From positions 7,192,001 to 7,256,000 of the forward strand of contig NC_086108.1 of NCBI RefSeq assembly GCF_963921235.1: a stretch of 64,000 nt of DNA. Reading direction: 5' to 3'. Shown here piece by piece: positions 1 through 11,444 of this stretch. Position 1 is the stretch's first letter, and the number at the start of each line of letters is the position of its first letter. The notes under the pieces were generated by a model. It was not told the origin of the DNA, searched no databases, and worked only from the letters and a program-made list of their open reading frames with translations. Both the position numbers and the translations under genes were made by a program. Source of the DNA: Mobula hypostoma (taxonomy: Eukaryota).

Positions 1-775
1 GGGCCCCAAACAGTCCTTCCAGGTGAGGCAATACTTCACCTGTGAGTCGGCTGGGGTGATATACTGCGTCCGGTGCTCCCGATGTGGCCTTTTATATATT
101 GGCGAGACCCGACGCAGACTGGGAGACCACTTTGCTGAACACCTACGCTCTGTCCGCCAGAGAAAGCAGGATCTCCCAGTGGCCACACATTTTAATTCCA
201 CATTCCATTCCCATTCTGACATGTCTATCCACGGCCTCCTCTACTGTAAAGATGAAGCCACACTCAGGTTGGAGGAACAACACCTTATATTCCGTCTGGG
301 TAGCCTCCAACCTGATGGCATGAACATTGACTTCTCTAACTTCCGCTAATGCCCCACCTCCCCCTTGTACCCCATCCGTTATTTATTTTTATACACACAT
401 TCTTTCTCTCACTCTCCTTCTTCTCCCTCTGTCCCTCTGACTATACCCCTTGCCCATCCTCTGGGATCCCCCCCTTGTCTTTCTCCCCGGGCCTCCTGTC
501 CCATGATCCTCTCGTATCCCTTTTGCCTATCACCTGTCCAGCTCTTGGCTCCATCCCTCCCCCTCCTGTCTTCTCTTATCATTTTGGATCTCCCCCTCCC
601 CCTCCAACTTTCAAATCTCTTGCTCACTCTTCCTTCAGTTAGTCCTGACGAAGGGTCTCGGCCTGAAACGTCAACTGCACCTCTTCCTAGAGATGCTGCC
701 TGGCCTGCTGCGTTCACCAGCAACTTTGATGTGTGTTGCTTGAATTTCCAGCATCTGCAGAATTCCTGTTGTTTG
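1..775 (+). mobile_element. Penelope-like element (Neptune type), 3' part: GIY-YIG endonuclease and 3' region
   Basis: ORF 23-349 reads GVIYCVRCSRCGLLYIGET...EHLRSV...E..LI..LG...P.GMN (GIY-YIG). Nearly identical to the copy at 25533-26474. Confidence 0.88.
641..676 (+). ncRNA. Minimal type I hammerhead ribozyme motif of the Penelope element
   Basis: AGTC-CTGACGA-AGG(gtctcgg)CCT-GAAA-CGTC-AACT: both conserved boxes, a 3-bp stem II and a palindromic ACGT stem III. One stem I mismatch in this copy. Confidence 0.75.
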
Positions 776-1725
776 TGTTGTAGGAGGGAAGGGTTGGATT
801 GAGCTTGGAGCAGGTTAAAGGGTTAGCACAACATCATGGGCCGAAGGGCCATACTGCTCGTTGTTCCACTTAAGTGTCAATGGAATCAAAGGGGAATGAA
901 GGAGAGTAAGTTGCATGTGTCAATGGAAACAAGGAGGGAAATGGGACTGATAGGATTGTACTATGGGCTGAATGGCCTGTGTCATTACAAGGTAAGATTC
1001 TCCTAATCTGCAAATCCATCATAAATGCTCCAGACAATGAAACACCATTGATCTACTTTGTTTTATTAAGTTAAAAATGGTAAATATCACACACTCACCT
1101 GCCCAAAACACCAACGCTACAATTAAGTAACAACTGCCACCTCAGCACAACTCTTGTTGGAGAAATACGAGACAGTAAGTGACATAATTAAAAATCTATT
1201 TAACTCTTAAAATTCTATAAACCATGGGAATAAAATCATTAATGATGATGTAACTGTTTATTTCTATACACAGGAAGGCATTGATGTCAGCATGAATTGG
1301 GATGTGGCTGATCGGGGCGGTGTGTTAACGGAAAGGGAGTTGCGAACATGAAGGAAGGAGGGGCAAGTGTTGAGAAGGGTAAGGGGAGAGGGTCATAAAG
1401 ACTAACAAAACATAGTGGTTAATGTAACAATTTACAGTGGCAGTGAAGTGAGCCAGGTTCAGTTCCCGCCCCCAGCCTGGACACACTCCCCTTGGCCGTG
1501 TGGGTTTCCTCCAGGTGCTCTGGTTTCCTCCCACAGCCCAAAGACCCGCTGGTTAGGGTTTGTAAGTTGTGGGCGTGCTATATTGGCACTGGGAGCATGG
1601 CGACACCTGAGGGCTGCCCCCGGCACAATTCTCGGACACGTTTTACTGTCTGTTTTGATATACACTTAACAGACGGGACAGAGGTCCCCGTTGGGTGCCC
1701 ATTCAGGTTCAGCAGAGCAGTGATG

Positions 1726-1739
1726 GTGCCATCTAGTGG
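1726..1739 (-). promoter_or_regulatory. CTCF-like binding motif
   Basis: The minus strand reads CCACTAGATGGCAC, matching the CTCF core, in a non-repeat stretch downstream of the ANKRD63-like gene. Confidence 0.45.
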
Positions 1740-1942
1740 AAATGATGCGTAACAGCTGAAATACTTCAGGCCGACATTAGCAGCAGCAATCACACCTCCT
1801 TTCCCAGAGAGTCGGTGCCTCCTACCTCACGGCGGAACCTTGGCTAAAGCCGGAAGCCAATCCTATCCTCGCGACAGAAGTGTGAACTTGCATTTCTGGG
1901 GCAAAATTCACATCCATTTTTCAACACCCCTCACCCAGTGAT

Positions 1943-2255
1943 GGCCTGGACAGAATGGACGCGGAGAGGATGTTTCTTATAGCTGGGGGAGACCAGAACG
2001 AGAGGACACAGCCTCAGAATACACAGACGTCCCTTTAGAACAGATCTGAAGACATTTCTTTAGCCAGGGGTTAGTGAATCTGTGGAATTCTTTGCCACAG
2101 ACGGCTGTGGAGACCAAGTCATTGGGTGCACTTAAAGCAGAGTTTGATAGATTCTTGATTAGTCTTGATTAGTGGAATAATAAATCAGCCATGATGGAAT
2201 GGCATAGCAGAGTCGATGGGCCAAATATGCTTCTATTTCTTATGGTCTTACGGTC
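1943..2255 (+). mobile_element. CR1 3' fragment abutting the ANKRD63-like stop codon
   Basis: Similar to other CR1 3' ends (GAGAGGATGTTTC...CACAGCCTCAGAAT...GTGAATCTGTGGAATTC), ending in a TATGGTCT-type tail. Confidence 0.8.
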
Positions 2256-4155
2256 CTCCTTTGCCAGCACCAAGTTTGTTGCCAACTCGGACTGTTTGCC
2301 AGTAGCTTGGGAATGTCTTGGAGCGGGGAAGCTGCCTTCCGTTGTCTCCGTCTCCCAAGTGCTGGCCCTGCCAGTCCTCGGTCGGGTCTCTCAGTTGGGG
2401 CATGGTGGACCTGCGAAAGAGACGCATCAGGCTGAGGGTGAGGACGGTCTTGGTCATGGGCTGGCTCTGAGTTCCCGGCACGCCACCTAGCAAGGAAGGT
2501 CCATCGTCAGCGCCAAGTAGTCCCTCCAGCTTGCAGTCGCTGAGCCTAACGGAGGTGTCCAGCTCATCACCCGCTGTCTGTGCTTCGCTCCATCTGCTGT
2601 CCGTCTCCCTGACCGCGGTGGGTCCACGGAGGCGCTGAGTGGACGGAGAGGCAATGTGCGGCAGTAGCACCATCCCCCGCCGCAGGGGTGTATCCTCCTG
2701 CCCACACCTCCAGCACCTCCTCTGCACTGAATCTAGGGCTGGGAACTTCCTGGAGATGTTTCCTTGGCTCTGGGGATTGCCCATTGAGCCAACCGGAACA
2801 TCTGGTGACCTCAGTGCCCTCCCACTGGCGACAGGGGCCAGAGAGCCTCCTGGGAAGCTCCTGAGCATAGGTGCCACCTTGCAGCTTCCTCTCCTGTTCA
2901 GCTGTGACGTGCAGGGGCTCGGTGCCTTCTGCCTCCCAGGCGGTACGTGGAACTGTGGAGGTAGCCCGTCCCGGCTTCGGGTGTCCTGTGGCAAAGTGTC
3001 CTGATCATGTGGCTCCTCTGCGGTGTAACCTTGCAGCAGCCGGTTCTCGGCATCTCTACTAACATTCCAAGCTTCTCTGAGCTGTCCTCCTTCAGTCTTA
3101 CACTGCATATGGCCCCCGTCAAGGGACGAGGCAGCCACTGGTTTAAGGAATGTCCTCGGCACCTTGAATAAGGAAGGATTGAGTTTGCCCTCGCTGGGCC
3201 TAGCTGTTGCCTGACTCTTCCAATCCCAGTCAATGCTAATCAATGAGATCTCCTGATCATTCACCCCCAGACTAAGGCAGGAGTTCTGCTGCCAAGTACA
3301 AGGATCAATCAAATACTCTGCATCAACACATTCTGGATCGGTGTCTGAGACTGTCTTATCGACCTTTGGGAAGTCCTGGCTGTTCTCCTGAGGTCTGCAA
3401 TGAGGTTGGATCAGTTTTGTGATGGGGCTTCCATTCCCTTGCACTGGATTGTAAGCCAGAACTGGCTTTGTTTTCCTCCCGGGAACCAGAAACCATTCCT
3501 GGGCCCTCCTCTCCTTCCCACCGCCCCAAGCTGTCAGCAGGCCTTGGCTCTGCCCATGTGGGTTTCTCTTGAAGGTGAGGTCTTCCAGGGAGCTTGGCTC
3601 CCTGTCGTGCCGTCTCCTCCCATGGCCCACCAGTACCTGGGCGCAGCCCTGGTGGCCTAAGGATTCAGCCACATCCAGGGCTGACTGGCCAAAGGCGTTG
3701 GTCCTGTCGATGTCCAACCCCAACCGTTTGAAGGACCTCACCAGGAAATCCACCACCGCAGCCTGGCCGGACCAAGCTCCATAAATCAGGGAGCTGTTGC
3801 CCCAGCAGTCGATGATTTCAGGATCGGCGTTGGATTGGACCAGGAGCCTGACCATGTCTACGTCCCCCCACTGACAGGCGTGACTGAGGGCGGTCCTACC
3901 CTTGTCGTCCTGGCTGTTCACCTCGGCGTTCTTCCCCAGCAGCAGCTTGGCAAAGCAGAGGGCCTGGCCGGCCTCAGGCAACAGCGTGGCGCACATCAAC
4001 AGAGTCCTGCCTCCTTCCATCCTGGCGTTCACGATACTCCCATCCAAGGCGTCCAGGACAAACCTGGCCAGGCGCACGTTCCCTTGCTCCATGGCCAGGA
4101 GGAAAGTCTCCACTCCCGACAACTCCCGTCTGTCTTTTCCCAAAACTTTCGACAT
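2248..4155 (-). CDS. ANKRD63: Ankyrin repeat domain-containing protein 63-like, single coding exon, 635 aa
   Basis: ATG-initiated uninterrupted ORF. The N-terminus (TFLLAMEQGNVRLARFVLDALD...GRTALSHAC...DFLVRSFKRLGLDIDRTN) matches my recollection of the ANKRD63 ankyrin region, and there is a C-terminal RRST motif. Could be a paralog rather than the strict ortholog. Confidence 0.85.
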   Translation of the reverse strand: MSKVLGKDRRELSGVETFLLAMEQGNVRLARFVLDALDGSIVNARMEGGRTLLMCATLLPEAGQALCFAKLLLGKNAEVNSQDDKGRTALSHACQWGDVDMVRLLVQSNADPEIIDCWGNSSLIYGAWSGQAAVVDFLVRSFKRLGLDIDRTNAFGQSALDVAESLGHQGCAQVLVGHGRRRHDREPSSLEDLTFKRNPHGQSQGLLTAWGGGKERRAQEWFLVPGRKTKPVLAYNPVQGNGSPITKLIQPHCRPQENSQDFPKVDKTVSDTDPECVDAEYLIDPCTWQQNSCLSLGVNDQEISLISIDWDWKSQATARPSEGKLNPSLFKVPRTFLKPVAASSLDGGHMQCKTEGGQLREAWNVSRDAENRLLQGYTAEEPHDQDTLPQDTRSRDGLPPQFHVPPGRQKAPSPCTSQLNRRGSCKVAPMLRSFPGGSLAPVASGRALRSPDVPVGSMGNPQSQGNISRKFPALDSVQRRCWRCGQEDTPLRRGMVLLPHIASPSTQRLRGPTAVRETDSRWSEAQTAGDELDTSVRLSDCKLEGLLGADDGPSLLGGVPGTQSQPMTKTVLTLSLMRLFRRSTMPQLRDPTEDWQGQHLGDGDNGRQLPRSKTFPSYWQTVRVGNKLGAGKGGP

Positions 4156-4197
4156 CTCCTCTCAGTTCCACTGCCTGGACCTTGCAGCTCGATGCAG

Positions 4198-4241
4198 CTT
4201 TATAATCACTGAGTGTGCCCGTCTCCATGGTGACTGGCAAC
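4198..4241 (-). promoter_or_regulatory. Putative ANKRD63-like core promoter: TATA box plus RFX X-box-like motif
   Basis: On the minus strand, TATAAAG at 4204-4198 lies about 45 nt before the ATG. The near-palindrome GTCTCCATGGTGAC (4221-4234) and a TGGCAAC half-site are just upstream. Confidence 0.4.
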
Positions 4242-5110
4242 AACCGAGTGCTCACAAGGCCCAGACACGAGCTCCTTGCAAAGGTAGTCCTGGAAACGGC
4301 ACTCATTTACACCCCTTTGCATCAGAATGAGGAGCAGTAGTCACTCTTCTGTCCCATTACTGTTTAGCGAGACCATAAACACAGGAGATTCTGCAAATGC
4401 TGGAAATCCAGAGCATCACACAAAATGCTGGAGGAACTCAGCAGGATCAATGGAGGGGAATAAACAGTTGACATTTCGGGCAGAGTGAAGGGTCTTGGAC
4501 CAAAATGTTGGCATGGTATGAGGGTGATGTAGTAGTGTAGAGGTTAATATAATGCTATTTCAGCTCTAGTGACCTGCAGTCCACTCCATCGCTGTCTTTC
4601 AGAAGTTTGTACCTTTTTCCCATGACTGTGTGGGTTTCTTCAGGGTGTTCCAGCTGCTCCAAAAACATGCACTCGTTGGCCACTTTATGACATACCAGAG
4701 CGGAATGCGTTATGATCTCTCTCTGTTGTTGTCGATCACGTCAAGGTTTGGTATATTGTACATTCAGAGATGCTGTTCTGCACACCACTGTTGTAACGTG
4801 TGGTTATTTGAGTTACTGTCACTTTCCTGTCAGCTTGAACCAGTCTGGCCATTCCCCACCAACCTCTCTCATTAACAAGGTGTTTTCAACCGCAGAACTA
4901 CTGCTCACTGGATGTTTTTTTCATTTTTTTGCACCATTCTTTGTAATCTCTAGAGACTGTTGTATGTGAAAATCCCAGGAGATCAACAGTCTCGGAGATA
5001 CTCAAATCACCCCGTCTGGCACCAACAAACGATCATTCCGCAGCCAAAGTCACTTAGATCACAATTTCTTTCCCCATTCCGATGTTTGGCCTGAACAACT
5101 GAACCTCTTG

Positions 5111-7095
5111 AGCACAAGACTGTGAGATACAGGAGCAGAATTAGGCCATTTGGCCCATCGAGTCCGCGCCACCATTTCACCATGGCTGATTCATTTTTCC
5201 TCTCAGTCCCAATCTCCTCCCTTCTCTCTGCATCCCTTCATGTCCTGAACAATCAAAAACCTATCAAACCTCTCCCTTAAATGTACATGAAGACTTGGCC
5301 TCCACATTTATCTGTGGCAGGGATTCACCACTCTTTGGCTAAAGAAGTTCCTCTTCATCTCTGTTCTAGTAGGACACTCCTCTATTCTGAGGCTATATCC
5401 TTTGGTCTTAGACTCTCCCACCATAGCAAACATCCTCTCCATATCCACTCTCTCAAGGCCTTTTACCATTCGATAGATTTCAATGAGGTCACCCCTCATT
5501 CTTCTGAATTCTAGTGAATACAGGCCCAGAACCATCAAACACTTTTCATATGACAGGCCATCAATCCTGGAATCATTTTAATGAAACTGCTTTGAACCCT
5601 CTCCAGTTTCAGCACATCCTTTCTAAGATAAGGGGCCCAAAACTGCTCACAATACTCCGTGAGCCCTCACCAGTGCTTTAAAAAGGTCTCAACATTACAT
5701 TCTTGCTTTTATATTCTAGTCCTAACATCACATTTGCCTCCCTCATCAATGACTCAAACCTGCCAATTAACCTTCAGGGAATCCGGCGCGAGGACACCCA
5801 AGTCCCCTTGTGCCTCACTTTTTTTTTGTATCTCCTCTCCATTTAGAAAATAGTCAACGCTTTCATTTCTTCTACCAAAGTGCATGACCATACACTTCCT
5901 GGCACTGTATTCTTTCCCCATTCTCCTAATCTATCCAAGTCCTTCTGTAGCCTCTCTGCTTCCTCAAAACTACCTGCCCCTCCACCTACCTTCATATCAT
6001 CTGCAAAGTTTGCAACAAAGCCATCAACACCATCATGCAAATCATTAACATATAACGTAAAAAGAATCAGTCCTAACACAGACCCCTGTGGAAAACCACT
6101 AGTCACCGGCAGCCAACCAGAAAAGGCTCCCTTTATTCCCACTCTTTACCTCCTGCCAATCAGCCGCTGCTTTATCCATGCCAGAATCTTTCCTGTAATA
6201 CCACGGGCTCACAGCTTGTTAAGTAGCTTTGTGTGTGGCACCTTGTCAAAACCCTTCTAAAAATCCAAATATACAACATCAACCAATTCTCCTTTGTCTA
6301 TCCTACTGGTTATTTCTTCAAAGAATTCCAACAGATTTGTCAGGCAAAATTTTCCCTTGAGGAAACCATGCTGGCTATGGCTTATTTTATCATGTGCCTC
6401 CAAGTACCCCAAAACTACATCCTTAACAATCGACTCCAACATCTTCACAGCCTCTCAGGTCAGACTAACTGGCCTATAATTTACTTTTGTTCTGCCTTTC
6501 TCCCTTCTTGAAGAGTGGAGTAACATTTGCAATGGGTCTTCCAGACCCATTCCAGAATCTAGTGATTCTTGAAAGAATATTACTAATGTCTCCACATACT
6601 CCTTAGCCTGCCCTTTCAGAGTCCTGGGGTGTCCACCATCTGGTCCAGATGACTTATCTACCTTCAGACCTTTCAAGTTCCCAAGAACCTTCTCCTTTGT
6701 AATGGTAACTTCACACACTTCATGCCCTCTGACATCTGGAACTTCCACTATACTGCTAGTGTCTTCCTCAGTAAAGACTGAAGCAAAATACTTATTCAGT
6801 TTGTCTGCCATTTTGTTGTTCCCCATTACTACCATTCCAGCAGTATCTACTCTCGCCTACTTTACATATCTGAAGAAACTTTTGGTATCCTCTTTAATAT
6901 TACTGGCTAGCTTATTTTCATAGTCCATCTTTACCTTGTTAATGAGTTTTTAGTTGTCTTCTGTTGGCATTTGAAAGCTTCCCAATCTCTAACTTCCCAC
7001 TAATTTTTGCTCTGTTATATGCCCACTCTTTGGTTTTTATGTTGGCTTTGACTTCTCTCGTTAGCCATGGTGTGTCATCTTTCCTTTCGTATACT
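5111..7095 (-). mobile_element. Old decayed CR1 inserted into a Tc1 remnant
   Basis: Fragmented RT ORFs (NYRPVSLT, QHGFLKGK, PQGSVLG, FADD). Confidence 0.85.
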
Positions 7096-7791
7096 TGTCT
7101 GCATGCTTTTATACATTGAGTTGATGCTACATGATTGGCTGATTAGATATTGGTTTCACCAGGACATTGCAGTCATGGAGAAACAGTTTCAGGACAAGTG
7201 GAATCCATCAATGCTGGCTGATTATTGTTGGACACTCAAGTGAGAAGCCTCAGACACTGAGTGCAAATGAAAATTATCAACAAAACATTTTTAGCCTAGT
7301 TGAACTATTTCTAAGTGTCAGCATTGTTATGCAATGAGACCATAAGACATAGGAACAGAATCAGGCCATTCAGCCATCGAGTTTGCTCCGCCATTCCATC
7401 ATGGCTGATCCCAGATCCCACTTCACCCCATATACCTACCTTATCGCCATATCCTTTGATGCCCTGACCAATTAGGAATCTAACAACTTCTGCCTTAAAT
7501 CCTCCACGGCTGTCTGTGACAGAGCCTTCCACAGAATCACTACTCTCTGGCTAAAAAATATCCTCCTTACCTCTGTTCTAAAAGGTCATCCCTCGATTTT
7601 GAGACTGTGCCCACTAGTTCTGGATACCCCCACCCAAGGAAACATCCTCTTCACATCCAGCCTATCTAGTCCTTTCAACATTCAGCAGGTTTCATAGAAA
7701 CATAGAAACATAGAAAATAGGTGCAGGAGTAGGCCATTCGGCCCTTCGAGCCTGCACCGCCATTTATTATGATCATGGCTGATCATCCGAC

Positions 7792-10700
7792 TCAGAACCC
7801 CGGCCCAGTCTTCCCTCCATACCCCCTGACCCCCGTAGCCACAAGGGCTATATCTAACTCCCTCTCAAATATAGCCAATGAACTGGCCTCAACTGTTTCC
7901 TGTGGCAGAGAATTCCACAGATTCACCACTCTCTGTGTGAAGAAGTTTTTCCCAATCTCGGTCCTAAAAGGCTTCCCCTCTATCCTCAAACTGTGGCCCC
8001 TCGTTCTGGACTTCCCCAACATTGGGAACAATCTTCCTGCATCTAGCCTGTCCAATCCCTTTAGGATTTTATACGTTTCAATCAGATCCCCCCTCAATCT
8101 TCTAAATTCCAATGAGTACAAGCCCAGTTCATCCAGTCTTTCTTCATATGAAAGTCCTGCCATCCCAGGAATCAATCTGGTGAACCTTCTTTGTACTCCC
8201 TCTATGGTAAGGATGTCTTTCCTCAGATTAGGGGACCAATACTGCACACAATACTCCAGGTGTGGTCTCACCAAGGCCTTGTACAACTGCAGTAGTACCT
8301 CCCTGCTCCTGTACTCGAATCCTCTCGCTATAAATGCCAGCATACCATTCGCTTTTTTCACCGCCTGCTGTACCTGCATGCCCACTTTCAATGACTGGTG
8401 TATAATGACACCCAGGTCTCGTTGCACCTCCCCTTTTCCTAATCGGCCACCATTCAGATAATAATCTGTTTTCCTATTTTTGCCACCAAAGTGGATAACT
8501 TCACATTTATCCACATTAAATTGCATCTGCCATGAGTTTGCCCACTCACCCAACCTATCCAAGTCACCCTGCATCCTCTTAGCATCCTCCTCACTGCTAA
8601 CACTGCCACCCAGCTTCGTGTCATCCGCAAACTTGGAGATGCTGCATTTAATTCCCTCATCCAAGTCATTAATATATATTGTAAACAACTGGGGTCCCAG
8701 CACTGAGCCTTGCGGTACCCCACTAGTCACCGCCTGCCATTCTGAAAAGGTCCCGTTTATTCCCACTCTTTGCTTCCTGTCTGCTAACCAATTCTCCATC
8801 CACATCAATACCTTACCTCCAATACCGTGTGCTTTAAGTTTGCACACTAATCTCCTGTCTGGGACCTTGTCAAAAGCCTTTTGAAAATCCAAATATACCA
8901 CATCCACTGGTTCTCCCCTATCCACTCTACTAGTTACATCCTCAAAAAATTCTATGAGTTTGGTCAGACATGATTTTCCTTTCACAAATCCATGCTGACT
9001 TTGTCCGATGATTTCACCGCTTTCCAAATGTGCTGTTATCACATCTTTGATAACTGACTCCAGCAGTTTCCCCACCACCGACGTTAGGCTAACTGGTCTA
9101 TAATTCCCCGGTTTCTCTCTCCCTCCTTTTTTAAAAAGTGGAGTTACATTAGCCACCCTCCAATCCTCAGGAACTAGTCCAGAATCTAACGAGTTTTGAA
9201 AAATTATCACTAATGCATCCACTATTTCTTGGGCTACTTCCCTAAGCACTCTAGGATGCAGACCATCTGGCCCTGGGGATTTATCTGCCTTCAATCCCTT
9301 CAATTTACCTAACACCACTTCCCTACTAACATGTATTTCGCTCAGTTCCTCCATCTCACTGGACCCTCTGTCCCCTACTATTTCTGGAAGATTATTTATG
9401 TCCTCCTTAGTGAAGACAGAACCAAAGTAATTATTCAATTGGTCTGCCATGTCCTTGCTCCCCATAATCAATTCACCTGTTTCTGTCTGCAGGGGACCTA
9501 CATTTGTCTTTACCAGTCTTTTCCTTTTTACATATCTATAAAAGCTTTTACAATCAGTTTTTATGTTCCCTGCCAGTTTTCTCTCATAATCTTTTCTCCC
9601 CTTCCTAATTAAGCCCTTTGTCCTCCTCTGCTGAATTCTGAATTTCTCCCAGTCCTCAGGTGAGCCACTTTCTCTGGCTAATTTGTATGCTTCTTCTTTG
9701 GAATTGATACTATGCCTAATTTCTCTTGTCAGCCACGGGTGCACTACCTTCCTTGATTTATTCTTTTGCCAAACTGGGATGAACAATTGTTGTAGTTCAT
9801 CCATGCAACCTTTAAATGCTTGCCATTGCATATCCACCGTCAATCCTTTAAGTGTCATTTGCCACTCTATCTTAGCTAATTCACGTCTCATACCTTCAAA
9901 GTTACCCCTCTTTAAGTTCAGAACCTTTGTTTCTGAATTAACTATGTCACTCTCCATCTTAATGAAGAATTCCACCATATTATGGTCACTCTTACCCAAG
10001 GGGCCTCTCACGACAAGATTGCTAATTAACCGTTCCTCATTGCTCAAAACCCAGTCCAGAATAGCCTGCTCTCTAGTTGGTTCCTTGACATGTTGGTTCA
10101 ATAATCCATCCCGCATACATTCCAAGAAATCCTCTTCCTCAGCACCTTTACCAATTTGGTTCACCCAATCTACATGTAGATTGAAGTCACCCATTATAAC
10201 TGCTGTTCCTTTATTGCACACATTTCTAATTTCCTGTTTAATACCACCTCCGACCTCACTACTACTGTTAGGTGGCCTGTACACAACTCCCACCAGCGTT
10301 TTCTGCCCCTTAGTGTTACGCAGCTCTACCCATATCGATTCCACATCTTCCCGGCTTATGTCCTTCCTCTCTATTGCGTTAATCTCTTCTTTAACCAGCA
10401 ATGCCACCCCACCTCCCCTTCCTTCATGTCTATCCCTGCTGAATATTGAATATCCCTGAACGTTGAGCTCCCATCCTTGGTCACCCTGGAGCCATGTCTC
10501 TGTGATCCCAACTATATCATAATCATTAATAACAATCTGCACTTTCAATTCATCCACCTTATTACGAATGCTCCTTGCATTGACACATAAAGCCTTCAGG
10601 TGCTCTTTTACAACTCCCTTAGCCCTTGTACAATTATGTTGAAAAGTGGCCCTTTTTAATGCTTGCCCTGGATTTGTCGGCCTGCCACTTTTACTTTTCT

Positions 10701-10824
10701 CCTTAGTACTTATTGCTTCTACCCTCACTTTACACCCCTCTGTCTCTCTGCACTGGTTCCCAGCCCCCTGTTGTGAACTAACCTCCTCACGCCTAGCCTC
10801 TTTAATTTGATTCCCACCCCCCAA
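7792..10824 (-). CDS. CR1 ORF2: apurinic endonuclease + reverse transcriptase (1010 open codons, start codon uncertain)
   Basis: Motifs GITETW, MGDFN, SDH, KSPGPDG, NYRPVSLTS, YLDFQKAFDKV, GVPQGSVLGP, KFADD. The track start is TTG, not ATG. Confidence 0.92.
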   Translation of the reverse strand: MGGGNQIKEARREEVSSQQGAGNQCRETEGCKVRVEAISTKEKSKSGRPTNPGQALKRATFQHNCTRAKGVVKEHLKALCVNARSIRNKVDELKVQIVINDYDIVGITETWLQGDQGWELNVQGYSIFSRDRHEGRGGGVALLVKEEINAIERKDISREDVESIWVELRNTKGQKTLVGVVYRPPNSSSEVGGGIKQEIRNVCNKGTAVIMGDFNLHVDWVNQIGKGAEEEDFLECMRDGLLNQHVKEPTREQAILDWVLSNEERLISNLVVRGPLGKSDHNMVEFFIKMESDIVNSETKVLNLKRGNFEGMRRELAKIEWQMTLKGLTVDMQWQAFKGCMDELQQLFIPVWQKNKSRKVVHPWLTREIRHSINSKEEAYKLARESGSPEDWEKFRIQQRRTKGLIRKGRKDYERKLAGNIKTDCKSFYRYVKRKRLVKTNVGPLQTETGELIMGSKDMADQLNNYFGSVFTKEDINNLPEIVGDRGSSEMEELSEIHVSREVVLGKLKGLKADKSPGPDGLHPRVLREVAQEIVDALVIIFQNSLDSGLVPEDWRVANVTPLFKKGGREKPGNYRPVSLTSVVGKLLESVIKDVITAHLESGEIIGQSQHGFVKGKSCLTKLIEFFEDVTSRVDRGEPVDVVYLDFQKAFDKVPDRRLVCKLKAHGIGGKVLMWMENWLADRKQRVGINGTFSEWQAVTSGVPQGSVLGPQLFTIYINDLDEGIKCSISKFADDTKLGGSVSSEEDAKRMQGDLDRLGEWANSWQMQFNVDKCEVIHFGGKNRKTDYYLNGGRLGKGEVQRDLGVIIHQSLKVGMQVQQAVKKANGMLAFIARGFEYRSREVLLQLYKALVRPHLEYCVQYWSPNLRKDILTIEGVQRRFTRLIPGMAGLSYEERLDELGLYSLEFRRLRGDLIETYKILKGLDRLDAGRLFPMLGKSRTRGHSLRIEGKPFRTEIGKNFFTQRVVNLWNSLPQETVEASSLAIFERELDIALVATGVRGYGGKTGPGF

Positions 10825-10829
10825 CCATT

Positions 10830-11444
10830 CTAGTTTAAAGTCACCTCAGTAGCCCTCGCTAATCTCCCTGCCAGGATATTGGTCCCCCTAGGATTCAAGT
10901 GTAACCCGTCCTTTTTGTACAGGTCACGCCTGCGCCAAAAGAGGTCCCAATGATCCAAAAACTTGAATCCCCGCCCCCTGCTCCAATCCCTCAGCCACGC
11001 ATTTATCCTCCACCTCATCGCATTCCTACTCTCACTGTCGCGTGGCACAGGCAGTAATCCTGAGATTACTACCTTTGCGGTCCTTTTTCTCAACTCCCCT
11101 CCTAGCTCCCTATATTCTCCTTTCAGGACCTCATCCCTTTTCCTACCTATGTCATTGGTACCTATATGTACCACGACCTCTGGCTCCTCACCCTCCCACT
11201 TCAGGATATCTTGGACACGATCAGAAATATCCCAGACCCTGGCACCAGGGAGGCAAACTACCATCCGGGTCTCTGGACTGCGTCCACAGAATCGCCTATC
11301 TGACCCCCTTACTATCGAGTCCCCTATCACAACTGCCCTCCTCTTCCTTGCCCTACCCTTCTGAGCTACAGGGCCGGACTCTGTGCCGGAGGCACGGCCA
11401 CTGTCGCTTCCCCCGGGTAAGCTGTCCCCCCCAACAGTACTCAA
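10830..11444 (-). CDS. CR1 ORF1 C-terminal SGNH esterase domain (partial)
   Basis: Motifs VIGDSIVR, CLPGA, HIGTND and DGLHLN. Confidence 0.85.
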   Translation of the reverse strand: MSTVGGDSLPGGSDSGRASGTESGPVAQKGRARKRRAVVIGDSIVRGSDRRFCGRSPETRMVVCLPGARVWDISDRVQDILKWEGEEPEVVVHIGTNDIGRKRDEVLKGEYRELGGELRKRTAKVVISGLLPVPRDSESRNAMRWRINAWLRDWSRGRGFKFLDHWDLFWRRRDLYKKDGLHLNPRGTNILAGRLARATEVTLN

